From the NCBI GenBank assembly GCA_977017575.1, contig CDRNVI010000007.1, positions 124,001 through 188,000 of the forward strand: 64,000 nucleotides of DNA, in the 5' to 3' direction. The notes below the pieces were generated by a model, which saw only the letters and a list, made by a program, of their open reading frames with translations, was not told the DNA's origin and ran no database searches. Every line of letters starts with the position of its first letter. The stretch's first letter is position 1. This DNA comes from Paramoeba atlantica (Eukaryota; Protista; Discosea). Of this stretch, positions 41,288-52,413 are shown one piece after another. Position numbers and translations under genes: made by a program.

Positions 41288-42592
41288 ATGAGCCGAAATG
41301 CCGATGTACACTCCGGAAACAAAGAGCCGTCTTTGGAAGAATATCGCGAGAAAGAGCGACGTTTTGCGGAGAGTCAACACAATCCATTGTCATGTCATCA
41401 CTTCACCCCACACGAATTCTATTTCGTGCCTCCAAAATTTTCGAAGAAAGAGAATAGCAAAGTAGATTTAGCTACAGACGAATTTGTACAAGTCATAAAT
41501 GCAGTGGTTCATGAACACTTACCTCCTTGTATACCCCAACAAGTCAGTATCGGAAGTCAGCTCAATGAGATCGAATCAGATAGACCCAATGAAGACAAAA
41601 CGGTGTACGCAATACTATCGAGTGCATATGCTAGCTTTTTTTACCGTGCCTCTGCAGAAGGCTCAGTACCATTTGAAGCCGTGCCTTCTAATGAAGAATT
41701 TTCTAAGAAAGAGCAATGTAATATTGATGATCAGCTTTGGTCGAGGTTACAGGAGAACCTAAAATACTCCACACGAGAAACTAAATTTTATGCCGAATTA
41801 TATTCTATTCCGCGTGTCTTGAATTTTATCGAAAGAAACGTAAAGTCCATCAATGCTTTCAACAAGCAAGAAGGAAGTGTATTCATGACCCTAGTGCTAA
41901 AACTGTTTTTGCTGCGGCTCACTAAAAAGGGGTTACGAAAACTGTTGAAACACTCCAATCCCTACGTCGTTGCCTCAGGTCTCGTTCTTGCACGGTACGT
42001 TCTTTCACCCGAAGACCTTGATGACTTGTTAATTCAACCACACCTCTTACTCACCCCGCAGGATGCCTCTCATACGGTTACTACAGTAAAAGGGGAATCA
42101 ATGACCATCGCGGAACTAACACGTCGTTTAGTAGAGGAAGACGAGCTCCTTGAGGCGTGGTTCCCTACCTATCCCACCCATATTCTCTCAACGTTACGAA
42201 CTCACGTGGGTGAGGTACTAAAAGGAGAAAGGAAAAGTCCCGTTGCGTATGATGGGAAAGGAACGGACGCGTATATCCAGTGTTCACTGGTTCAAGGATT
42301 CGAAAGTGTTGGAAGTTTGGTGCACTACGTCAACACAAATGCGAAGTCCGAGGGGGATGTTGTTCCTGGAGCTGATGGATGCTTTGTCGTTCCGCCGACT
42401 CCTTCCATGTATCAAATGAATCAGAAACGCACCAAAGAAGCTTCATTGAGCAGCAAGGAATCTCGAAAGAAAACAAAACGGGAGGTTCCCCCAATAAGAA
42501 TTCACGGCGTATCTTCAATCGATGAAGAATTAGCTAAGACACAGAATAAGTCAAAGAAAAAGCATCCTATCAGCAGCACGCCCTATTTGTAA
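41288..42592 (+). CDS. PRP38B-like pre-mRNA splicing factor
   Basis: LVLKLFLLRLTKKGLRKLLKHSNPYVVASGLVLARY and MTIAEL...WFP match PRP38 family (B-type) segments. Confidence 0.7.
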   Translation: MSRNADVHSGNKEPSLEEYREKERRFAESQHNPLSCHHFTPHEFYFVPPKFSKKENSKVDLATDEFVQVINAVVHEHLPPCIPQQVSIGSQLNEIESDRPNEDKTVYAILSSAYASFFYRASAEGSVPFEAVPSNEEFSKKEQCNIDDQLWSRLQENLKYSTRETKFYAELYSIPRVLNFIERNVKSINAFNKQEGSVFMTLVLKLFLLRLTKKGLRKLLKHSNPYVVASGLVLARYVLSPEDLDDLLIQPHLLLTPQDASHTVTTVKGESMTIAELTRRLVEEDELLEAWFPTYPTHILSTLRTHVGEVLKGERKSPVAYDGKGTDAYIQCSLVQGFESVGSLVHYVNTNAKSEGDVVPGADGCFVVPPTPSMYQMNQKRTKEASLSSKESRKKTKREVPPIRIHGVSSIDEELAKTQNKSKKKHPISSTPYL

Positions 42593-42851
42593 TGCTTATG
42601 CAAGGGGGGTGTATAGGCTCTCTACGCATCGCTACAATAACGATGCCGAAAACTAGTTAACTTCAACTTCTTCCGCTCATTGTACCATTGTCACTTAGAA
42701 CGGTAAACAGTGAGAAACAGATTTGCTAAAAATTTGTTTGGTCAATGGCACAACATTCTAAAACACTCAAGATTTTATTTTATCCTGCCTTATCCCAAAT
42801 CTGTTTTTGTTAGAGTTTATTAGCCTCTATTTCACTCTTACTCGGAACCTA

Positions 42852-43067
42852 ATGTCTGAGGAGCCTGTGGATATCAAACCCGAACTAGATGAGCAGTGTC
42901 TTAAGACTGATGAATGTCTGGCCAAAATTTTAGAGTATGAAAAATGTATGGAGCGTATTAAGGATATTGAACCTATTCGTGAGCCACATTGTTGGGGTCA
43001 ATACTTCGAAATTGTACATTGTGTAGACGTCTGCACTCACCCTAAATTATGGCCCACGTTAAAGTAA
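42852..43067 (+). CDS. QCR6: Cytochrome bc1 complex hinge protein
   Basis: D.KPELDEQC...YEKCMERI...HCWGQYFEIVHCVDVC...KLW..LK pattern. Confidence 0.88.
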   Translation: MSEEPVDIKPELDEQCLKTDECLAKILEYEKCMERIKDIEPIREPHCWGQYFEIVHCVDVCTHPKLWPTLK

Positions 43068-43432
43068 GCTTCTATCTACGAATTTATGCTTATTTACGAG
43101 TAACAAAAAATCTTCGTGCAGTATCTTGACAAGTCTTATTTTAATATTGAAGGGCGTCTCCGCAGCTGCTCACTATTTCGCACCGTCCACGTTCTCTACA
43201 CATGATCCCACTTAACTTTATACGACCAAAATCTTGTTTGCCACAAAATATATACATGTACATTTCACCATACATGTATGTACATTTTACCATTGTAGTA
43301 ATACGATAAGAACTGGTGGAAAGTGAATATAAAAAAATTCGTTCGATCATATATTTTTTTGAAACATTAATTGTTAGTTTAGCACAGGTACCAAAGACTG
43401 GCATAGTATGTTTACTGATGTGAAGCTTTTCC

Positions 43433-44563
43433 ATGCTCACTGAGGACGCCATTCATGGCAGGGTGTGTATCACGAAATCGGGTGATATATGCCGGTTTGA
43501 CACCAATGAATCAGCGACTGCTCCATTTGGTTTCCGTTATGGTCAGCGTGTCTGTACTCCTTTAGGCCCTGCCACAGTTATAGGCGTGCGAGAGGATCAG
43601 CTGTGGTTTCAGATTGATGGGTGCCCGGGTCTGTCCTACTGGGGGTCCTGCCGCAACGAGCTTGACTTTAGTGCTAAGGGGGTCCTTAAGGCCTTGCCTC
43701 AATCGAGCAAGGCTCGCGTATCGCAAAACAGTGAGTTTTCCTATTGTATTGTGAGGCTAAGTTTTATTGCAGATGTTTCCACTGTTTGCCAAGATATCAT
43801 CAATCCTTTGAATGCCACCTTACCTGTTCCTAATATTCTAGAGCCCAATACCCAAGTGGTATTAGTTGCTCTGGTCAATACAATCATACTACAGGGGAGG
43901 ATGAAGATACACGAAATTACTTCTTCACAGAGTTTTGTTGACGGCTTTGCATTGGAAAGATTCTTTATTTATTATTTGCGCAATCGATTGATTGTCATCG
44001 TAGAGAGATATCAAGGTTTTTCTTCTCTTGATGGATGTTCTCTCTACAAAAGGCTTCAAGAGTATCATAGAAATGCTAAAAAGGGTTTATGTGCGATTTC
44101 TCCTTTTCTTGGCGCTGTGCTTCAAAATGAGCAACTTTTTACATTTGAATGCGACAAGTTATTGGGTGATCTGCATGGATCCATCAATCGGCTTTCTCGA
44201 TTCTTTCCCAATACATTCGATGAAGTTAGCGAGAGTTGTAATACGGAGCTATTGCTCTTTGCAATTCTTGAAATCCCCCTCGTTTCAGCGTCATGCCTTG
44301 ATGTTGTCACTAATGTTTCCCAATACTCAAACTCTCGTTCAGCAAGTTATGTTATTGATTACATTACGGGTATAAAACCGGAATTTGGACGAAACCTTCG
44401 CGACCAAATGCAACAAGCTAATTGTGTACTGCTTCATCTAAGCAGTCGTTACTATACGGTTCTGAAAAAGGATGAAAAATTGTACACTCTTGCTCCACAC
44501 AGCCATCAAGAATACATCTTATATGAGATACCACAACATCCATCTGACCGTGTTACACAATAA
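43433..44563 (+). CDS. Hypothetical protein with a MINDY (DUF544)-like region lacking catalytic residues
   Basis: NTQVVLVALVNTIILQG, FAILEIPLVSASCLD and LLHLSSRYYTVLKKDEKLYTL align by eye to MINDY1 motifs. Confidence 0.5.
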   Translation: MLTEDAIHGRVCITKSGDICRFDTNESATAPFGFRYGQRVCTPLGPATVIGVREDQLWFQIDGCPGLSYWGSCRNELDFSAKGVLKALPQSSKARVSQNSEFSYCIVRLSFIADVSTVCQDIINPLNATLPVPNILEPNTQVVLVALVNTIILQGRMKIHEITSSQSFVDGFALERFFIYYLRNRLIVIVERYQGFSSLDGCSLYKRLQEYHRNAKKGLCAISPFLGAVLQNEQLFTFECDKLLGDLHGSINRLSRFFPNTFDEVSESCNTELLLFAILEIPLVSASCLDVVTNVSQYSNSRSASYVIDYITGIKPEFGRNLRDQMQQANCVLLHLSSRYYTVLKKDEKLYTLAPHSHQEYILYEIPQHPSDRVTQ

Positions 44564-44992
44564 ACCACACATGCCACACATTAGTTTTAGTCCACAATAC
44601 AACAAAAAAACAAACATTTGGTAGATAGACAAAAAAACATCAAGCCTTCACTTTCCCTCTCTAAACCTTACACCAACCCCACCCCTCATGCCTATGTGTT
44701 CTATGATCACCTTTTTATGTTCATTCAACACATAAAACACATTTAACACTTTTCGTGGAGGTGCATTTCTCATCGACAAGTACATAATGTTTTGTTTAGC
44801 GCATAGCCAAGTGATTCACTACTGTATTTTAAAAAATCTTTTTAGTCTTCCTGTCTTTTTCCCTTTCTCCGAGTGAAAAAAAAGGAAACAGAAGGGTAAG
44901 TTCCATTAAATGCCAAAACGTATTTCCTTTTTCTTATCCTTCTTTACTTGCAAAGAAGTTTTCCTTACCTTTCACATTTTTGGTGGAATTAA

Positions 44993-45273
44993 CCCAATAT
45001 TGCACAAAAAATATTTTTGTTGCCCCCGAAAAAGAATATTTGAGGACATACAATACTTCTGTTCTGAGATACAGGGGTGAAAACCTCGTGGTGGCGGGGT
45101 CTAAAATTTGTAAAAATTGTCTAATTTTGGTAAATAATAGCGCATTCGAGAGCTCTCGCAGAGTTGTATGTTTTAGCACTGATCTTTGTGTTTAGCACTG
45201 TATCTTTGTGTTGGGAAATTTATGGCATCGAAAATTATAAAATACATTTTTTTTGAAAGTGTGCAATATTGGG
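44993..45273. mobile_element. piggyBac-type MITE (281 bp)
   Basis: TTAA|CCCAATATTGCACA ... TGTGCAATATTGGG|TTAA: perfect 14-bp TIRs, CCC/GGG ends and a TTAA duplication. Confidence 0.8.
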
Positions 45274-45412
45274 TTAATCTGACCCCCTTTTTTACTACCC
45301 TACCCTATTTTACTCACAAAGAAACTATCCTTTCCTTTCCTTTATCTCTCCCCTTTCCCTCATCCTTTTTCCTTTCCAAAACACTTTTTCTTTCCTTTAT
45401 CTTTCCCCCTCC

Positions 45413-45985
45413 ATGTCCGTCCCCCCCGACACCGTCGCCCTCTCCAACCTCCACCCCCGGGTCGACGAGTCCCTTCTCTGGGAGCTCGCCACCCAGGCCG
45501 GCCCCGTCCGCTCCCTCGCGCTCCCCCGCGACCCCCTCGAGGGCACCCACCGCGCCCTCGCCTTCGTCACCTTCCGCACCCCCCGGGACGCCGCCTACGC
45601 CTGTGTCGTCCTCAACGGCACGCGGCTCTACGACCAGGCCCTACGGGTGGCCCCGAGGGGGGGCCCCGCGGAGGGGGCCGGGGGGGTGGGGGGTGAGGGG
45701 ATCAAGGGGGGGGGCTCCGGGGAGGTCTCCTATATCCATATCACGGGGTTGGACCCTGGGGTGGATGAGGCGGTCCTGGCGGAGACGTTCCGCGGGTTTG
45801 GGGGGTTGGTGGAGCTCCCGGTGGTGTATCGGGATGGGGTGACGGGGAGGAGTCGGGGGACGGCGTTGGTGGGGTATGGGAGTGTGGGGGAGGCGGAGCG
45901 GGCGATAGCGGCGATGGACGAGCAGTATTTTCATAATCGAGTGATACGGGTGGAGAGGAGTACGAGGAATGTGGTGAAAGGGTAG
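45413..45985 (+). CDS. SF3B4: U2 snRNP SF3b subunit 4 (SAP49/Hsh49), two RRMs
   Basis: NLHPRVDESLLWELATQAGPV...PRD...AFVTF...DAAYAC.VLNG.RLY...LRV, followed by a second RRM. Confidence 0.9.
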   Translation: MSVPPDTVALSNLHPRVDESLLWELATQAGPVRSLALPRDPLEGTHRALAFVTFRTPRDAAYACVVLNGTRLYDQALRVAPRGGPAEGAGGVGGEGIKGGGSGEVSYIHITGLDPGVDEAVLAETFRGFGGLVELPVVYRDGVTGRSRGTALVGYGSVGEAERAIAAMDEQYFHNRVIRVERSTRNVVKG

Positions 45986-46246
45986 GGGGGAGGAAAGGGG
46001 GTTGAGAAAACCTCGTGGTTGTATTCATTTTTGTGAGGGTTAGATTCCTGATTCCTGTATGATATGTCAAGAGGTACGTTGCTGTTGTGAGGTGTTTTCT
46101 TTATCATGCTTCTATTTTTTTATTCTAGGTTAGGCACTAGTTTCGTCATTTTCTATGAGGAACGTTCTTGTCTACGTCTGCGGAACTAAATTTTACTGTC
46201 TGACCCGATAAGGGGGTTGTAGTCTACCACCGCTTTTCTACTCCTT

Positions 46247-47134
46247 ATGCAGAGTTCAGATTTCTCAGGCAGTGACATCCCCATAGAAGTCAAATCTCTG
46301 CCTTTAGCGGATTCCTTACCTGTCATCTGGCGAGGTAATATAACGTCGAAATCTGCAACTGTAGAACAAGAACCAGTTAGAAGTCAGATATCCACAACAT
46401 TTGTTTCGAATTATGACACCCCACAGCTCTCCAAACGGCGGCCGAGACGTCTCCCTTCGGGAGCCCCATCTTTTGCAAAAGCGGAAAAAGACTTTGATCC
46501 CGAAACAGGGAGTACATGTATGTCCCATATTTCAAACTTGAGCTCTGTTCTACCAAATGGCTTGCCTGTACCTTCTATACCACATATCAGACCAGACAAT
46601 ACATGGGCGAGCATCAAGAATGACAAAATTTCTCCCAATAGATCTCCATCCTCTAATGCGCTCTCCGTGTTGGTTGTTACCCCAGAAAGCAAAAAAGTTT
46701 ATAACTTATCAATGCGAGAGGACCCTTCTCGGCTATCATCACGAATGCTTAAAATGGCCATGCAGTCAATTACGGGGCACAAGGTTTCCTCGATGGCCTT
46801 GTTCCTCAACGGAGAATTAGTTACCGATGAAAGGATGCCTTGCCAATTAGGGATCAACACGGAGTCTCTCTTGAAGATTGTGATTTTGGCATCGGGTCCT
46901 TCCAACACTTCGGACTTCTCTGCAGGAAGATGTTGCCGGTCTGGTATAGAGAATGAGTCACAGAAATCGCACGATGTTCCGTTTCTACTGCAACTGTTTG
47001 GCGAGAACATTCAGACGAAAACGTTCGTTTCCCTACCGCAAGAGGATAGAAAGGAAATCGTACGACGATTAGAAAAAGACTTACATGAGGCGGAACAGCA
47101 CATCAGCATGTTGAAAAATTACGTAAGCGATTAA
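46247..47134 (+). CDS. Hypothetical protein with a central ubiquitin-like domain and C-terminal coiled coil
   Basis: LKMAMQSITG......LFLNGELVTD.....QLGI..ES is UBL-like. Confidence 0.6.
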   Translation: MQSSDFSGSDIPIEVKSLPLADSLPVIWRGNITSKSATVEQEPVRSQISTTFVSNYDTPQLSKRRPRRLPSGAPSFAKAEKDFDPETGSTCMSHISNLSSVLPNGLPVPSIPHIRPDNTWASIKNDKISPNRSPSSNALSVLVVTPESKKVYNLSMREDPSRLSSRMLKMAMQSITGHKVSSMALFLNGELVTDERMPCQLGINTESLLKIVILASGPSNTSDFSAGRCCRSGIENESQKSHDVPFLLQLFGENIQTKTFVSLPQEDRKEIVRRLEKDLHEAEQHISMLKNYVSD

Positions 47135-47282
47135 ACGTGGGAATCTAGAAATAATTCAACGACGCTACTTTTTATTTGATCAGCAAGCACTATGTAAAAG
47201 ATTCTTTACAAAGGTACGAACATCATTCTCTTTGTTGTTCCTTTTTCCCTTCGGTCTTGATTTTTGGCCAAATTAATGTTAC

Positions 47283-48650
47283 ATGCTTCAAGTTTATCTC
47301 AATTGTAGTGGTTTCCACGTTTTTTATCGAATGTTTGAAAATGATTCCAAAGGCACTGAGTTCAGAAAATGCACTAAGAGTATAACAAGCGATAGAATTC
47401 GCATTCTGGAGGATATACTGCTAAATAGCGCGCCAAAGACCCATTTTTCTGCGTACTGCACTAATACAATTCGAGAATTCCGTCAGTGGGTATCTCATCC
47501 TATATATTGCGGATCGTTCTACGAAGCAGTATTACAAAGTTTAAAGGACTCTCAATCTGATACGCGCGAACAGTACCTAGCCTCTTCGGAACGAGACAAA
47601 AATGATCGCGATGAATCAATTTCTGAGCACTGCAACAAAGAACCGAATTTACGAATAGAGGCTAAAAGCTTTTCTTACTTACGTTCTTATTGTCAATCAC
47701 TAACGCTGAGTATTGAGGAAGGTAGAGAATATGCCCTTCATACAAGTCTTTGTAACGTGCTTACTCTGTTGACGTGGGCCCTGGACATTCAGCACCCTCC
47801 TACACGTCAAATCAAAGTATTATGGGAATTCTCGACGTTCCTTAGACATTTTGCAGAAGAGGCAGCATGCTCTCAGTCCGGTGATTTTCTTTCAATTATA
47901 AACCTCTTTCGAAGTAATGTTGAAAGCTATATGAGAAATTTAACACCATTATCTCTTCTAGTATGCATTGAAACTCATTGTCTGGACCTCATAGGAAAAC
48001 AAAAGCGAAGTTCACCGATTCGGTGGTCGATTGTATCTGGGAGTCTGTCGTTAAATGATAAATCTAAACCTTTAGAAAGCAAAATATCTAAAGAATCGTG
48101 TGAAAATCTCACAGAGAAGGGAATAGAGTATAGTGCGACGCAATATGAATGCGATATGGGCATTACTTCACCCAAAGACAGAATAAAACCTTTGACGGAA
48201 ACACCGCAAAGCATTAGTCAGGTAGTTGAGAATGAGTGTACACGTCTCCATGCTGCACTGCACAGCGAAAACAAAATTCACGTTCTTCTGCGTGAGTGGG
48301 AAACGATATGTCTTCAGAAACTACGTGAAGATGCAGACTCTTCTTACTTCACGGTATTTTTGAATGCAGGTTTGCGCCTTTACTTACTTTCAAAGGAAGA
48401 ACTTTCTGTGGTACTGCGCGATGTGCGAAATATTGTTTGCGACATCGTACACTTGGTGTGCACCGATTTGAAATTCGTAAAAGTCATGACAAGCGCACAA
48501 TGGCATAACATTTCAGTTTGTCTTATTATGCTATTTACACCATTACATCTTCCGGAGCAATTACGCGGCGACCTCACAGAATGCGATGTTATTGGAATTT
48601 GGAATTACGAAATTGTGCTACGTTTATTACGCCAATTGAACCGTGCGTGA
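47283..48650 (+). CDS. Hypothetical protein (455 aa)
   Basis: Long ATG ORF on the cluster strand; no motif recognised. Confidence 0.65.
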   Translation: MLQVYLNCSGFHVFYRMFENDSKGTEFRKCTKSITSDRIRILEDILLNSAPKTHFSAYCTNTIREFRQWVSHPIYCGSFYEAVLQSLKDSQSDTREQYLASSERDKNDRDESISEHCNKEPNLRIEAKSFSYLRSYCQSLTLSIEEGREYALHTSLCNVLTLLTWALDIQHPPTRQIKVLWEFSTFLRHFAEEAACSQSGDFLSIINLFRSNVESYMRNLTPLSLLVCIETHCLDLIGKQKRSSPIRWSIVSGSLSLNDKSKPLESKISKESCENLTEKGIEYSATQYECDMGITSPKDRIKPLTETPQSISQVVENECTRLHAALHSENKIHVLLREWETICLQKLREDADSSYFTVFLNAGLRLYLLSKEELSVVLRDVRNIVCDIVHLVCTDLKFVKVMTSAQWHNISVCLIMLFTPLHLPEQLRGDLTECDVIGIWNYEIVLRLLRQLNRA

Positions 48651-48664
48651 CGTGTTTGTACATA

Positions 48665-48814
48665 CAGTCCAGGCCCCCCAGGCCATGGAGAGCACCGTAA
48701 GAGTTTTTGGCCTAATACCTTCGCCATACGACAGATCTCGAAAAAGTTTTCGCTGTTTTTTTCATCCGCAGTAGTGACCAGAGGGAGACCCCCTTTGTAG
48801 AAATCCGTGGACTG
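48665..48814. mobile_element. Possible short MITE with CAGTCC ends
   Basis: TA|CAGTCCAGG ... CCGTGGACTG; TA|CAGTCCACGG recurs at ~61944; the TIR is short. Confidence 0.35.
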
Positions 48815-48957
48815 TGTATCGTACACGTTGAGATAGTTGTGGCATTTGCTTATTTACTGTTTCACAAGTGGGTATACGAACGTCTGCCACTATAGTAACA
48901 CGAATACGTATACGTAGAAGATATAGTACTGTGAAGAAGATAAGTAGAAGATATGTA

Positions 48958-50259
48958 CTGTGACCCCCCCTTTAATTTAGACAGGGGGGATCCCCCCCCT
49001 TATTATGGACAAATCCGACCGGGCGCCGCGGAGCGGCGCCTCTTTTTTTGTCACTTTTTTTTCGTCTTTTTTTCTGTTTTTTAGGGTATCTGTAGCTAGG
49101 TAATTTCGTCAGCTTTCACATCACACAAAGGAGAAAACACCGTCCTATCAATCCAAACACCGTCCTATCAATCACTTTTTGTGGCAATCTACACCGCTCG
49201 TTTTTTTACACAGGGTATGAAAGAAGGCTTATCCGACGGAGCAAGTTCGTCCACGGCCACTTGGACCATGTACCATACATTTTCTATGGGGGAAAGATCT
49301 GGTGAATTGGGAGGCCAATGCTTTAAAATTTCTTTCATTCGGCTTTTAAGAAAGAAAAACGTACCTTTTGGACGACTCGAGACCCCGCCTTCGAAAGCGA
49401 TTTGCAAACCCCATTTTGCCACATATGCTTTTTTCAACTGGAAGTGTGGGATACGCAAGGCCGTAGAGGAAGGAGGAGGCGCAAGGCCAAAAGCAGAAGG
49501 TGGAGCCTTTTTCCCGCAGCGACGACGACTTCCGCGCGTGGGAAGCTCTAAGGAGTCCTAGGGAACATGTTTTTACTGTGTAATCCAGGGTAAAGTGGAC
49601 GAGGGAGATACCAACTGAAATATCAGTGTTATTGTTGTTGTTGTTGGGAGATACCAATAGTGTAGGTGCGGCAGTTTCCACAGAAAAAACGGTATCTCCC
49701 TTATGCCATGAAGACAGGCGCCTAAAAAGGTGGAGACACTGTTTTTTCTGTGGAAATTGCCGTACCTACCCTGTTGGTATCTCCCTCGTCCACTTTACCT
49801 TGGGTTGTTAGTATCAAAAATTCGTGCATCGAATATTTTTTCGTCTGAAAATATGACACGCTCATTTTCCTGATCATAATTTAAAGCAACTTGTACTCTT
49901 TTTGTTTGTTGTAATTCGGTTCCTTTTAGTTTAACTCGTTAAACTGGAAGGGGTACTCCTTATCCTGCTCGTCAGACCACACACCCCACAGCTTCAGCCC
50001 TTCCTTCCGAATCTTTTCCTCCACCTTCTGCGTGGGCTCGTTGGGCTCGTCTTTCCGACGAAAAACCGCACTCTTTCCACTGGTCGTTCGCCTGTCGCAA
50101 TCATCAATTTTTTTCTAACGACTGTAGACAAATGTTTTAAAGCTTGGGTGGGCAACGTCTCGGTAGGCGCGATGTCGTCTGCCCCTGGTGTTACACTTCA
50201 AGGATTACGCAAGGATCCTCGTGGCCATGCATTTTACAGTCTAGATTTTTTTGCCGTAT
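48958..50259 (-). pseudogene. Tc1/IS630-like (DD34E) transposon remnant
   Basis: Minus-strand fragments WKECGFSSE, FRRKDEP...LKLWGVWS and FEGG...WPPNSPDLSPIENVW; TIR-like end TA|CTGTGACCCCCC at 48958. Confidence 0.75.
49585..49803. mobile_element. Foldback MITE inserted in the Tc1 remnant
   Basis: CCAGGGTAAAGTGGACGAGGGAGATACCAAC ... GTTGGTATCTCCCTCGTCCACTTTACCTTGG, plus a second inner inverted pair. Confidence 0.8.
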
Positions 50260-50261
50260 TA

Positions 50262-52413
50262 CTGTCCCCCCCACTTATGCGCAACCGTTTGACACGGCTA
50301 CTTAAGCGCAATATTGAGGCATGACGAACACCTTTTTTTGGAGGATTGTTTTATACTTGGTCATTTTATGGGTAGTTTATATTGTTTTATATTTTTTTAT
50401 GGCATGTACGATTTTTTGTTCATCGACTCATTACACTCTGGCTAGCTTTTTTTTATTTCTTTGGTTTTTTCCATCATGGTTCTCTCTCCACCTTCAGCTC
50501 AATCCTCAGAAGAGAATGTCACCCCCCCTATTCAACCCCCTTCATTGCGCTCCCCACCCTCAGCTCAATCCTCAGCACAAACTAGAAAATTGACTAACTG
50601 GGTACGGATACAGGAGCCACATCCCCGTATCGGTCAATTGGCGAACTGTCATGTCGCGTCAGCTCCAGCAGCACCATCGCTTCCAAGTACTCCAGAAGTT
50701 CGCCCCACTTCTCAGCGTAGTTTGACAATGCAAGAGAAGGTTTCGATTTGTAGATCTTCTTGCTCAAACAAAAAGCTTGCAAAAAAGTATGGGACCGCGT
50801 TATCGACCATTACAAGGATTCGAAAGAATGGTGTACAACACTATCAGAAGCATTTGAATCGAGATGGTGCATCAAGGAAAAGAGAACATGGTTTCAACGC
50901 AGAGCGCCAGGGCGCTATGTAATTAGTTCATAGGGATTTACTGGCGTTGCAAAACGGCATGTTTCATATTTCAAAAGATCACGTCTTTGATCTAATGAAT
51001 AAACACTCTGTTTTTCCTGAAGAAGTGACGGAACGGAGACGTGAACGTGTCTAACAACACTTCAGATATGTGTTCGGATGGACTTGGCAGAGAATTGGGA
51101 GAATGCATTATGTTGCACCAACAGACACTTCTCGGCGCATACATGGATGGTCCCGTCAGTTCTTTGCACAACATAGTATTCGCAAATACTCGTATGTCTT
51201 CTTCGGAGATGAAACCGCAGTATTTGTCGATGGCGAAATACGTGGTATTACGCTTGCGCAAATTGGAACGAAAACTCCCAAAATTGCTGAAACTAACGGT
51301 AAAGAAACCGTCGCTGTTTTCTTGACAGGCTTATTTGATGTTAATTCTAAAAGCGTTGTGCCACTACCACCCGCGATTGTCTTCGAATCGAAGGCTAAAT
51401 CGCAGGCTTCATCTCGTATTCTCTCTGAGACTACTCGTGCTTCCACTGGATTATCGAACGCAGTGTACGTTTTTGTATCGGACTCAGGATGGGTCAAAAA
51501 AAGATATATTCTCTAAAATTCTACAACGGTACATGGGAAGTTTTAATGACTCCTGTTTACCTACTGCTATCGTAGTCGATGATTTTACGGCTCATCGAAT
51601 CATTTCTTATGTACCCTGCGAGCAACAGGCTCCCGGTGAAAATAATTGCGCTATTCACGTCGTGAATAGTACCGTTCTTTGTTCAACAATGACGCGAAAG
51701 ATGTCTTGACCAGGAAAACGTTGAGCCCGGAGTGGTTTCCTACGGATCCGGACCCTCCTTTTTCTGATACCGAGTCGGATGTCAGTGTTATGGTCGAAGA
51801 ACTTGGGACATTGTGTGTAGAAAAGGAAACTACAGATTGAGTTTATTCGCATTGAGTATAATTTTATGTCATTTGTACTTAGGGTACATCTATGGGCGCC
51901 GTGATACTATATTGAGAACGATGTGCTGTTATGATATTACGTTCCGCTGTGTACTACTACAGCCTTCTACTGCATCATACATAAATATACATGGATATAC
52001 ATGTATAAATTTATTACTCGGCCTACAAAAGTTGTTAAAAAATAAGTTACAAGCAGTCTCCTTTTTAGAGTAACTTCACTTTTAGTCATTTTCCGTTTCT
52101 TTTAACGAATCATAGCTACAATAAGCAAATGCACAGAATCGTCAAACATGTTGCATCCCATCCCCCCCGCACTTACCGAGGACACGAAGGTGAGGAACAG
52201 CTTGAAGACGGCACCGATTAGAAGATGACTCACGAAACATAAGTAGACAACATAAATACTAAAAGGCACAGATGATAGCCGCGCCGCGAAGCGGCGCGAC
52301 TTTTTTTATGTTTTTTTTGTCCGAAATATCTTTTCCCCTTGAGATATTTCTGACCCGGCTACTTAAGCGCAATTTTCGGCCAAAACCCGGTTGCGCTTAA
52401 GTGGGGGGGGCAG
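50262..52413 (+). mobile_element. Degenerate pogo/Tigger-like (CENP-B HTH + DDE_1) transposon
   Basis: TA-flanked ~25-bp TIRs CTGTCCCCCCCACTTATGCGCAACC. Fragments: LTMQEKVSI...LAKKYGTALSTITRI (HTH), FGDETAVF, KETVAVFL...PPAIVF, SDSGW and IVVDDFTAH. Confidence 0.87.

Noticed and set aside
45079-46019. 14-bp direct repeat GAAAACCTCGTGGT flanking SF3B4, as a possible retrogene or TSD
   Set aside because: One copy lies inside the piggyBac-type MITE, there is no poly(A) tail, and a single 14-mer match is compatible with chance
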